This document shows, piece by piece, positions 1-8,605 of a stretch of DNA of 64,000 nt (position 1 is the stretch's first letter; the number at the start of each line of letters is the position of its first letter). The translations under genes were made by a program, and so were the position numbers. The notes below the pieces were generated by a model. The model did not search any database. It saw only the letters and a list, made by a program, of their open reading frames with translations, and was not told where the DNA came from. Source of the DNA: a virus; the IMG/VR virus record IMGVR_UViG_3300009285_003054, positions 112,804 to 176,803 of that record; one strand, written 5' to 3'.

Positions 1-65
1 TGTCCGCTGATATTAGCTTGTGCGCTCTTTAGAGGAACCAGATAAGGTGCAAGCAACGGCTTTGG

Positions 66-1310
66 TTAGTACACCACCGTTATACAAAAGTCAAACTGCT
101 CTGAAGCGGAGATACCCTGTGGTGGAATAGTAATTCGCATTTGGTGGTGGTTACTTACATTAGGTTCGGACGTGCACCAATGCACCAATGCAGTATGCAG
201 TATCCCTACTATTTCACCAGGATGGAACGTTCGTTTAAACAGTGTTTTGTAGGAGGTAGTCGTAGGGTATACAGTATAACACACAAGAGGATTTGCAGCT
301 GACAGTAACTCAAGCATAGTGAATCGAAAACTCACACCTTTTGGGTACGCCCCTCTAATAACAGAATCCTTGTGATCGAGAAAAATCTCCTTTATTATTC
401 GAGCTATGTCATCTAAACTACAGGCGGATTCTGATTCCCCAGACTCTAGCTGGGTATGTACAGGCTGCTTCACACTTGGTATTGGTAGTCGGGTAGTGTC
501 TCTACCAATTTCTACAGAAATCTCATGCTTGTTATCGATATCTGAAAAGGTCGTGGTTCTGCTAGGCAAAAGCACATCGGTGTGCAAATCACATATACAT
601 GGAGGAAATACTAATTTGCCAATGTGTCCGTTCAGTATTTTCTTCAAATCAGTTTGCGGGTCAAGATACTGTGCTAGCTTACCTCCGATTACACTTCCCC
701 AGAGATCCCTAGACAGATGTACTACCACTTCTGATGGGTTATCCTGCGTCCCGGATATATACTGGATTAGATTTGCACATTCAATAAAAACTTGGCTAGT
801 CAATCGATTTCTCTTGATTACACGCCCTGACTCGTGTGTGCGACATGTTCCCGGAGGATCCTCTCTTTGAACTGACTCCACACCATCTACAGTAGTATGT
901 GCTATATTATGTGCGGATCCTAAGCTATCCGCTAATACAGATAACACAGCTTGCATCTGCATTGCTTTGGTTGAGTAATTTGGATTCTCTACAATATTTG
1001 GATTCTCTACAATATAGGGATCCAGGATTGACACGACTGCAATCCCCATATAGACCCATTTCAACCGCACATCCTGGGGAAGTTGTTTCCACTCGGGACA
1101 ATCCTCACCGAGGAAATTCTTCCCCCGATTGACTCCCGCTGAATTATAGATGGCATATAGCATTTGTCCGACATCGCTGTCATCGGACCCTCCGGAATCG
1201 TATCCGGTTGCGTAACAGCATTTTGGAAGGTGCTGCGCATTCTGTGTAGTTTGTCCGACTAGTGATTCATTCAATTTGGCCATGACAGATTTCCTTTTCG
1301 ACTCCCCCAT
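66..1310 (-). CDS. Hypothetical multidomain protein (414 aa)
   Basis: Long ORF co-oriented with neighbours. No catalytic motif. The central segment (LSRDLWG...YLDPQT...GHIGKL) resembles a motif of large-phage capsid proteins (see findings). Confidence 0.6.
   Translation of the reverse strand: MGESKRKSVMAKLNESLVGQTTQNAQHLPKCCYATGYDSGGSDDSDVGQMLYAIYNSAGVNRGKNFLGEDCPEWKQLPQDVRLKWVYMGIAVVSILDPYIVENPNIVENPNYSTKAMQMQAVLSVLADSLGSAHNIAHTTVDGVESVQREDPPGTCRTHESGRVIKRNRLTSQVFIECANLIQYISGTQDNPSEVVVHLSRDLWGSVIGGKLAQYLDPQTDLKKILNGHIGKLVFPPCICDLHTDVLLPSRTTTFSDIDNKHEISVEIGRDTTRLPIPSVKQPVHTQLESGESESACSLDDIARIIKEIFLDHKDSVIRGAYPKGVSFRFTMLELLSAANPLVCYTVYPTTTSYKTLFKRTFHPGEIVGILHTALVHWCTSEPNVSNHHQMRITIPPQGISASEQFDFCITVVY
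978..1015. repeat. 18-bp tandem duplication (ATTTGGATTCTCTACAAT x2), encodes IVENPN x2
   Basis: Read directly: 978-995 and 996-1013 are identical; the duplication is in frame. Confidence 0.9.
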
Positions 1311-1325
1311 TTCAGTCCATCGGAT

Positions 1326-1946
1326 TCAACGCAAGTAACCTAGCTGGTGTAATTCTTTACGTCGATTATTTGGTATGGTTCTCGGACCAAAGAAGCATGC
1401 GGCAAAAATCTCAGCAGCATACTCGTCTACATTGACCAACGACCGTCGAGACGGGATGAACGAGTTGTACCACTTTTGACCATGAGCCTGCCATACGGTT
1501 ATAAGAGATACAGTAGCCACACGTTCCATGGCCTGCCTGTACAAGTTTTCGAAGACACTGAATTTACTTGATGTCAAGACGTGAGACGCAACAATATGCC
1601 CAATTTCGTGTACCAAGACACGCTCGTCAACCGCACCCATTGCCACAAACGGACGATCATGACGAGAAAACGCGGACCATTCTCCGCGATGAGCATTGTC
1701 GTCGGTTCGTGTGAAACCTATCTGAAAAGTAATCTTCGGAAGCTTTAGCCGCATTCTTGATGTGATTGCCTGTAGTGTTTGATCAATCAGGTTCACTGCC
1801 AACCAAAACTCCGCCGGAGTAAAATCACCCAATCCACTGGCCGGCATGAATGCTCTAAAGGTAGATTTATCGATTTGGCAATCCTGTGTGACGTTGGTAT
1901 AGGATGTTCCAATTGTAGCACTACGCATGTACATACTCCATCTCAA
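1326..1946 (-). CDS. Zincin-like metallopeptidase domain protein
   Basis: HExxH motif (VLVHEIGHIV) plus downstream DEYAAEIFA providing a third-ligand Glu. Confidence 0.65.
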   Translation of the reverse strand: MRWSMYMRSATIGTSYTNVTQDCQIDKSTFRAFMPASGLGDFTPAEFWLAVNLIDQTLQAITSRMRLKLPKITFQIGFTRTDDNAHRGEWSAFSRHDRPFVAMGAVDERVLVHEIGHIVASHVLTSSKFSVFENLYRQAMERVATVSLITVWQAHGQKWYNSFIPSRRSLVNVDEYAAEIFAACFFGPRTIPNNRRKELHQLGYLR

Positions 1947-1973
1947 ATGAATGACTGAATGAGCATTGCCGCG

Positions 1974-2843
1974 TTAGCCTGGTAGGGAGTATATGCCCCG
2001 CATCCCAGCCAACCACCCTTCCGATTTTCGCCCGTCGGACCACAAGATCCCAATATATACATCCCCTTGTCTCTCTGGAGTTTTCTCTTCAGGATCCTGA
2101 TCGGAATCTGGGTTTTCCAACAATGGTCCGGTATATGTCACCACACCATGTTGACCTCGATCATCCACCACAGGTGCATTCGAGTGTAGTCTTTCACCCA
2201 AATCCGCTATAGGGACCCACCCACCCTCGGATACATCATCCATAAGCGCATGTGTGGGACACATTTGATGTTGGTATCTTCCTGAACGATTGTTAGTACT
2301 CCCGTAGAATGTCTGATCCCCACGGCTCTCGAAGTAGGTAATCTGAACGAGTCGTTGGCCTGGGTATATTATGGTAGGCTCTACTACTACAATCTCGAGA
2401 GTCCACCTCCCACAGAACCCGTTGTCACCCCTACCTGCAGTTACGTGGGTAAAAATCCCGAGTCGGCCAGTAGAAGATCTGCCGTCGAGGTAGGGTATAA
2501 GTCCCCACGATTCGGTGTACTCTCGTGTAACCCCGAGATAAAGTGTCGCAGGTCGAAGGATCCAGCAATCTTCTCTTGTTACTGGGTGTAGTATTAGCGG
2601 AACCACTTTTGTTACAGGTGGCCTTTTGGAGTCGATCACACCAGCTAATCTACCCCCGAATGCATCAGACGTTAATGCAATCTTTCTATTACCCTCATTG
2701 ACGATATCCCCTGAGTACATCCGCAGCTCATCTCCAAGGTGAAGGTCCACGGAATTGGAGTTGACACAGGCTGGATCGAACGGGTTGATTACAATCGTTC
2801 CTTTGGTAATCTGGTTTTTGATTTCCGCACCGGTGAGAATCAT
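1974..2843 (-). CDS. dcd: dCTP deaminase with C-terminal extension of about 90 aa
   Basis: MILT..EI start, NSVDLHLG, GRSSTGRLG, TAGRGDNGFCGRWTLEI, YPGQRLVQITY and GRYQHQ motifs. Confidence 0.92.
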   Translation of the reverse strand: MILTGAEIKNQITKGTIVINPFDPACVNSNSVDLHLGDELRMYSGDIVNEGNRKIALTSDAFGGRLAGVIDSKRPPVTKVVPLILHPVTREDCWILRPATLYLGVTREYTESWGLIPYLDGRSSTGRLGIFTHVTAGRGDNGFCGRWTLEIVVVEPTIIYPGQRLVQITYFESRGDQTFYGSTNNRSGRYQHQMCPTHALMDDVSEGGWVPIADLGERLHSNAPVVDDRGQHGVVTYTGPLLENPDSDQDPEEKTPERQGDVYIGILWSDGRKSEGWLAGMRGIYSLPG

Positions 2844-3391
2844 TTTCCACCCTTTGAATCCGTGAATGTCTCGGTACGGTTATTCGGAGAGTACCCTATA
2901 CCCTCTGGCAAGTATGCGACGACTTCCGAATGGTTGACAACCGTATACCGCGACCATATACCCATGATTTCCTTTGATACCAGCAAAGTTAGCCCCGAAA
3001 AACACAGCCCCATTTTCGCCGCCATGGCCATGGCCGAATAGTTGGTGTTGGAAATCATCGTGCTGACGGGCCAGTGCACTACTACCTGCTCCAGAAGCAT
3101 AGTCGCCACCCTTTGTCTTTGGTACTCGGGGTGGACAATCAATGATTCTATCCATATATGCATCTCCATCCCCGCATAGGGATGCATCATGGTAAGCCTA
3201 CCCAACCCAAATGAGGTAAGTCGGTAGCATAGGTAACCCACGAGCACGCCTGAATCATGTTGGGATACACATACTGACCCAGAGATCACGGACAACGCCA
3301 TGTCGAAAGGGTTCGACATGGGTCTCCCCCAGACTAGCGTCTCTAAGTTGATAATGCCGTCAAGATCAGATGTGGTTGCGAATCTAATCAT
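2840..3391 (-). CDS. GNAT family N-acetyltransferase (RimI-like)
   Basis: MIRFATTSDLDGIINLE start; motif A IESLIVHPEYQRQRVATMLL; N..A...KMG motif B. Overlaps dcd by 4 nt (ATGA). Confidence 0.85.
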   Translation of the reverse strand: MIRFATTSDLDGIINLETLVWGRPMSNPFDMALSVISGSVCVSQHDSGVLVGYLCYRLTSFGLGRLTMMHPYAGMEMHIWIESLIVHPEYQRQRVATMLLEQVVVHWPVSTMISNTNYSAMAMAAKMGLCFSGLTLLVSKEIMGIWSRYTVVNHSEVVAYLPEGIGYSPNNRTETFTDSKGGK

Positions 3392-3401
3392 GATTGATCT
3401 C

Positions 3402-4379
3402 CTATGTGGGGAATGTATACCCTACCTTGCTGGCTAGCAGAATTAACCGCTCCTCACTTATTCCATACAGGTGATCTCGATCGTAGGTGATATCTTTGAT
3501 TCGAGATTTGATGCTTCCTCGGGACAGCAACCGAACATGCTCGGGGTTGAAATGGTGCTCCACAGCTACCCGCGCCGCATCATTCAATGTCTCACCGTAG
3601 CAGATCGGGAGGATCTGCTGGATTGGATCCTTCGATTCGGCATGCACATCTGCAGGCAATTCTTCCACTAGTCGCGCCGTCTCTGCATTGATGTACTGTT
3701 GATCCATCTCGTTCTCATAGAGTACTACCATCATTAGTCTCTGAAGGATCCCGGGGAGAATATCTTCACTCACTCGATTCCTATATGTTATGGGAAAACA
3801 ATTGACAACAATTTCAGGAATCTTCTCCATTCGTCCAAGGACACTCTCTTGGGATACTTCAGACACTGTACAGAGATCCCCAAGCTTGGATAATACCCAA
3901 GACGTTGCACCAGCAAGAGAAAGTTCCGCCAGCAAAGACACGAAGTGGGGGGCAGTACTCATTAGTACTGTTTTCAACTCTATAGCCGCCTTGACAAACG
4001 AGAGTCTTGCCTTTTCTTGAGAAGGAAAAGGCATCAGTATCGAAGAAAGGAGGAACTCGAAATCAGGAGGGTGTATTTTGAATACTATTGTATGCTCACG
4101 AACGACTATGTGGATAATATACCGCATTAACATATAGAACCGCTGCCACGTATTGGTCATGCGGAACAATCGATACCATGCTGCTGTGTTCTCACATCTG
4201 GCCAACTCAGAACAAAATTCCAAGTCTACGTCAACCCTAACCTCACCAGTCCGGAAAATTCGACAAGTATCACGTGCGTAACGGGTGGTAAACCCATATT
4301 GCTTGCGCAGAGAATACTCGGAAATCCGTATAACTCTTGGGTCTAGTAACAAATCTCCAATGCTCACCTTTTTTGACAT
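3402..4379 (-). CDS. Hypothetical protein (325 aa)
   Basis: Long ORF whose start overlaps the upstream stop (TAATG). No recognisable motif. Confidence 0.6.
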   Translation of the reverse strand: MSKKVSIGDLLLDPRVIRISEYSLRKQYGFTTRYARDTCRIFRTGEVRVDVDLEFCSELARCENTAAWYRLFRMTNTWQRFYMLMRYIIHIVVREHTIVFKIHPPDFEFLLSSILMPFPSQEKARLSFVKAAIELKTVLMSTAPHFVSLLAELSLAGATSWVLSKLGDLCTVSEVSQESVLGRMEKIPEIVVNCFPITYRNRVSEDILPGILQRLMMVVLYENEMDQQYINAETARLVEELPADVHAESKDPIQQILPICYGETLNDAARVAVEHHFNPEHVRLLSRGSIKSRIKDITYDRDHLYGISEERLILLASKVGYTFPT

Positions 4380-5341
4380 TACGACAACTCCTTTTTAAGT
4401 AGGGTATCTCCGCGAGCAAAGGATCCATCTGGAGAAAGGATCTTTCGATCTAGTGACACCACAACACCTTTGTGGAACATTCCCAATTTCGGAAGGACAC
4501 ACTCTCTACAAAGATCAAACTTTCGCATTTGAACTGGAAGGAACTTGGATTCCCCAGTGGTCAGATCTCGATACCTGTCCCAAAATTCAACCCCCACACC
4601 CTCGCAAGCAGGACAATCTGGCCGAGCAATAGTTTGAAGAAGACTTTCTCTCCAGATTGGTTGTGCTCCTCGAATGGTGGAGTATATTAGATCATCCGAC
4701 AACTCAAAAGTGAACGTAGTCAGTTTGTCACATGCTGTCGGGGTATAATTGAGATAATATCCCCACCACGAGGGGATAAGGAAGTTCCAGAGGTAGATGA
4801 ATACATTAGCCGTGTCATGGAGCATTTGATTTATGCGGACATCCCCCAACCTCTGGAGCATACTTCGAGCACCTATTGGGGCATTAATAACCGCTGAGCG
4901 GGGGTTCCCGGGTTCTAACCAAGTAGGCCATAGTCGGCATAACAGTGGGCGCTCTGTCGGGGGTAGTTGGCAGTGATGCGTAGTCTTGCAGGTAAATCCG
5001 GTTTCGGGCATCTCATCTATTACAGGTTGGCAGGATGTCTCTTCCCGATGGTGTGGGCAGGTTGCCCCAAGGGTTCCGTCGGGAATGTCATCTTTACCCG
5101 CTAGCATCCGATATGCCTCCTCCCCGGGGAACACTTGTACCGGGGTTTGGTCATTGACTGGAAGACCCAGCTGGGATGTCGCCCAACAAACGCTCTGCAA
5201 GATCACCGAAGGGCACTTGGTGTAGAGTTGATCAAATACAATAAACCGGTACTGCTCCAATGCTGGGGGCAGTGCCAGTGTATCAAATATCCCCTGACCG
5301 AGTTGCTTGGATGATATGAGCATCGATTTGTTCCTTTCCAA
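4379..5341 (-). CDS. YkgJ-like Cys-cluster (Fe-S/Zn) protein with C-terminal CxxC...CxxC zinc ribbon
   Basis: TCPHH...CQL...ERPLLCRLWP matches the YkgJ C-terminal RPxxCRx[FY]P signature; CPAC and CREC follow. The start may be at 5323. Confidence 0.6.
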   Translation of the reverse strand: MERNKSMLISSKQLGQGIFDTLALPPALEQYRFIVFDQLYTKCPSVILQSVCWATSQLGLPVNDQTPVQVFPGEEAYRMLAGKDDIPDGTLGATCPHHREETSCQPVIDEMPETGFTCKTTHHCQLPPTERPLLCRLWPTWLEPGNPRSAVINAPIGARSMLQRLGDVRINQMLHDTANVFIYLWNFLIPSWWGYYLNYTPTACDKLTTFTFELSDDLIYSTIRGAQPIWRESLLQTIARPDCPACEGVGVEFWDRYRDLTTGESKFLPVQMRKFDLCRECVLPKLGMFHKGVVVSLDRKILSPDGSFARGDTLLKKELS

Positions 5342-6650
5342 AGATATCCACCATTAACTCATACAACCGTCTTTCCTCAGTAATCCAGGGTAAGCCTGCG
5401 CCTCTAAGAAGAGACGACCATGCCCATTCAAGATACTCTTGAGTATCCCATTCGGAAGGGAGCATTTCCCGTTCATCGGGGTACATGTCTGATGCCATCA
5501 GCGGATCACCATCGGGATCTTCCGATTTTACTACCAATCCTATCCGACCAGCATTCTCTACCGCACAGATAGCCAAGTGTGCATACGTGCGGAGAGGGAT
5601 TTTAGGTAGAGAGTTTCGATTCTCCCACATACCAAGCCCTACCCCAAATGATGGTACAGTGTGGGTTGCCCACCGACGTTTGTATTCATGTCTGTTGTCG
5701 AAATCTCCTGAGTAATCTTCGCCGTAATGATCTGCTCCGATGATTACGTCTGGGACGTGCAGCACGGATGATCCTTCTTGGATCAACGCAAGCATGGCAA
5801 AATTCCCGACCTCTTCCTCGCGAAGGCTCACGTCATAAATTGTTGACCTCGACATCCACCCACCTACACCCAAGTGGAAAAGCACATCAACTCCGACTAA
5901 ATTGTCACCCCGAAAGATCCCATATATTCGGAGTTGTCTCTGAGAATCTGGCTGCTGCGCGATCTCCCGCAGGATGCCAATGTCATAAGTGTGTGATCCA
6001 GGGACGTTGCCGTACCACTCCCACCACTGTTGATAGAGCCATCCGAATTTCTCTGTCTTGGTAATAGTACTGCCGTCCTGCAGTACATAGGCATATCCAA
6101 GTGCCTTAGTATTTGTCAACATCCGTCGAGTGTTCTTTCTAAATTTACTCGACGGATGTTGACTAATGTAATCTTCCGCACTTGATGTCATAATCGCGTG
6201 GTTTATCACCCCGGAGGTAAACCCTGGGAGACTACGGAGATTGCTACCCATGCTGGTGACATCACACATATTTACCAAATCGAGAACATATCCCTCTTCT
6301 TGTGCAATTTCAAACGCACGGGAGATACAGTGAAGATCCGGGGCGAACCAATCCCATCGCTTCAATTCAGGATATGGGACACCATATCCCCCGTTAATGG
6401 AGAAGTCACTCCACTCTCCGATCTCATTCTGGTAGAGAGGCATCGAAAAGATGCATCTTCCATCAAGAACCACATCAAAAAGACGATAAGGGGTGGCGAG
6501 TGTCCTCGGGTTGTCATCCAGGCATTGTTGGTATAACTCAGTCCATGTCCGCTGGTACATCCCAGCCAACTCTTGGTTCCAGATGAGATCTTGATGGAAT
6601 CGAGCACACCAGGGATGCTCTACTGGGTGTATGATTACTTCAGCAGCCAT
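5283..6650 (-). CDS. Fem/CelD-BcsL-like double-GNAT acyl or aminoacyl transferase
   Basis: EDYISQHPSSKFRKNTRR helix, LRIYGIFRGDNLVGVDVLF strand pair, YDVSLREEEVGNFAMLALIQE and EYKRRWA match the Acetyltransf_6 / FemAB pattern. Confidence 0.8.
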   Translation of the reverse strand: MAAEVIIHPVEHPWCARFHQDLIWNQELAGMYQRTWTELYQQCLDDNPRTLATPYRLFDVVLDGRCIFSMPLYQNEIGEWSDFSINGGYGVPYPELKRWDWFAPDLHCISRAFEIAQEEGYVLDLVNMCDVTSMGSNLRSLPGFTSGVINHAIMTSSAEDYISQHPSSKFRKNTRRMLTNTKALGYAYVLQDGSTITKTEKFGWLYQQWWEWYGNVPGSHTYDIGILREIAQQPDSQRQLRIYGIFRGDNLVGVDVLFHLGVGGWMSRSTIYDVSLREEEVGNFAMLALIQEGSSVLHVPDVIIGADHYGEDYSGDFDNRHEYKRRWATHTVPSFGVGLGMWENRNSLPKIPLRTYAHLAICAVENAGRIGLVVKSEDPDGDPLMASDMYPDEREMLPSEWDTQEYLEWAWSSLLRGAGLPWITEERRLYELMVDIFGKEQIDAHIIQATRSGDI

Positions 6651-6652
6651 GA

Positions 6653-8605
6653 TTAGTCCTTACCAAATTGATCCATGTCGACGTTGGTGATCTCACTACG
6701 GTCTGGGACACCGTAGTGGGGATCACTGTTCACACCACAACACATCATATCGTAGTGGGAATATGTGTACTTGTAATATGTTCCGATATCTTTATCGTTC
6801 CACACACCGTCTTCCACATCCTCCCCGCCATGACTGTACGCCAGGACGCCGTATTTGTGAAGTGCCACCGCGGCACTCCAGCAGAAGAACCTCCCCGGTT
6901 GATATTTCTTACGATCGGTCAGCGTGTTATGTGCGAACCAAAGTCGCTCCCACAGTTTTCCGTACAGCCGGATGAATATGTCTACTCCAAACAGTTCCCC
7001 ATCTGGTGCGTAGACCGGGAAGCATAGCATATTATCTTGCTCCCTACCCAAGTCCCTGCAGTATTGAGCCGAGTGTCCAAGCAGTCGGAAGTTCAGCTCA
7101 AACCATGGGTTTCCAATGGTCGGGATAGGATCCTCGAATAGGTCGAACCACTTACGAATACTGGCGTATGCTTCCACGGGAAGCATACGCCAGGGTAGAG
7201 GATCCCCGTAGTACCAGCCCATCTCATCGTGAACCTTCTTTGCGTTCCGCCACTTCCACGCTTTCTTGGATGGGTATGAGTTTGCAAACTCCTCGAAAGA
7301 AGGAAACGTCCGCGTGATGGGGGTTGAAAAGTTCTTGAAAATGTAGGGGGTTGTTCCGAATCGAGCAATCAGATCCTGATGAGGCAGTAGATGAATTCCA
7401 ATATTGAAAAATGTCCCACAAACATTGTAGGATGGATCATCCCGATCATCGAACTCCACGTTCCATGTCTGTTTGTCCCGCAACTGTCGGAGGATATCTA
7501 CCCCATCGATCAGAGAGTCTACATCCGGCGCAAACCATTGCCACATCCTGCTTGACGAGGGTGTAGGTTGGCACGACACCAATGATGGTCCCCTCGCCAG
7601 GAGTTCATGTTTGTAGTGCGGATAAGCTAGCAGCAACTTGGATCCACGATACACTTCGAGGAAGGTATGGTACCCCATGTCAAGAACAGCCTGCACTCCA
7701 CTAGGGGTATACATTGGGTGTGTTTGAAAGGGAAGTTTCCCCCCAATGTAATCGACTGTCCTAATTCGGATGTCGCCCCAATCCTGGAACAGATAACGCG
7801 GAACTCGATGTCTAACAGTTACGGAACATATTCTTCGTAGTGGATCGCTGTAGACTTTCCCTGGTTCTGTTACCTCAGTCTGCCAAAATAGGTGGAGGTT
7901 GTCCTTGATTGTGTCCCGCCAAATCTCAGAAGAAAAGACGTTGCTGTGTGGATCAGGTGGACCGTGTGGCTCCAGTATCGTTTCTGGGTCGTAGTGGTTT
8001 AGGAATTCGGTTTCTTTCTGGAGACTGGGAACTGCTAGCTCAAGATAGATTAACTTGTCGACTACCTGCATTATTCGATAGACTGCTGCCCCCATGTCAT
8101 CGAGACTCAAATGTTGCAGTGTCAAAAATGAGCATACCACATCATACCGTACAGGAAATCCGGCGGCTTTCAGTCTCTCCGACGAGATGTCCGACGCCGA
8201 ACACAGCATCAGATGTGTTCCAGGGCACGCAGTTCGGATAATATACTCACTCACATCCAACCCAAACACAGATGCATGATACCCGTGTTCGAGGAAGACA
8301 TCTTCTACCGCCTTCCCAAAATAACCTCGAGCGCATCCTACGTCCAGAATGGTCATTCCGTCACGAATAACATCCACATTCTCTAGGATATGGAAGAATC
8401 GCTCGGCCATCGCATCCCATGTCTGGTCTCCCTCATCATCTTCAAGATAACCCTGGTAATCCTCGTTGTACCCCTTGAGCACCCCACCCGGATCGTCAAA
8501 GTACGTCTGATCGAACACAGCGGGGGACGCTGTCTTACCTCCGTCAATTTCCTCATCTTCCTCTTCCTCTTCCTCTTCGATAATATCTTCGTTAGGGTCA
8601 CCCAT
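6653..8605 (-). CDS. Class I SAM methyltransferase fused to a Fem/CelD-like GNAT domain, with acidic N-tail
   Basis: ILDVGCARGYFG, GLDVSEY and YDVVCSFLTLQHL (methyltransferase). C-half SFEEFANSYPSKKAWKWR, GVDIF, KYQPGRF and YYKYTY parallel the downstream GNAT. Confidence 0.8.
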   Translation of the reverse strand: MGDPNEDIIEEEEEEEDEEIDGGKTASPAVFDQTYFDDPGGVLKGYNEDYQGYLEDDEGDQTWDAMAERFFHILENVDVIRDGMTILDVGCARGYFGKAVEDVFLEHGYHASVFGLDVSEYIIRTACPGTHLMLCSASDISSERLKAAGFPVRYDVVCSFLTLQHLSLDDMGAAVYRIMQVVDKLIYLELAVPSLQKETEFLNHYDPETILEPHGPPDPHSNVFSSEIWRDTIKDNLHLFWQTEVTEPGKVYSDPLRRICSVTVRHRVPRYLFQDWGDIRIRTVDYIGGKLPFQTHPMYTPSGVQAVLDMGYHTFLEVYRGSKLLLAYPHYKHELLARGPSLVSCQPTPSSSRMWQWFAPDVDSLIDGVDILRQLRDKQTWNVEFDDRDDPSYNVCGTFFNIGIHLLPHQDLIARFGTTPYIFKNFSTPITRTFPSFEEFANSYPSKKAWKWRNAKKVHDEMGWYYGDPLPWRMLPVEAYASIRKWFDLFEDPIPTIGNPWFELNFRLLGHSAQYCRDLGREQDNMLCFPVYAPDGELFGVDIFIRLYGKLWERLWFAHNTLTDRKKYQPGRFFCWSAAVALHKYGVLAYSHGGEDVEDGVWNDKDIGTYYKYTYSHYDMMCCGVNSDPHYGVPDRSEITNVDMDQFGKD

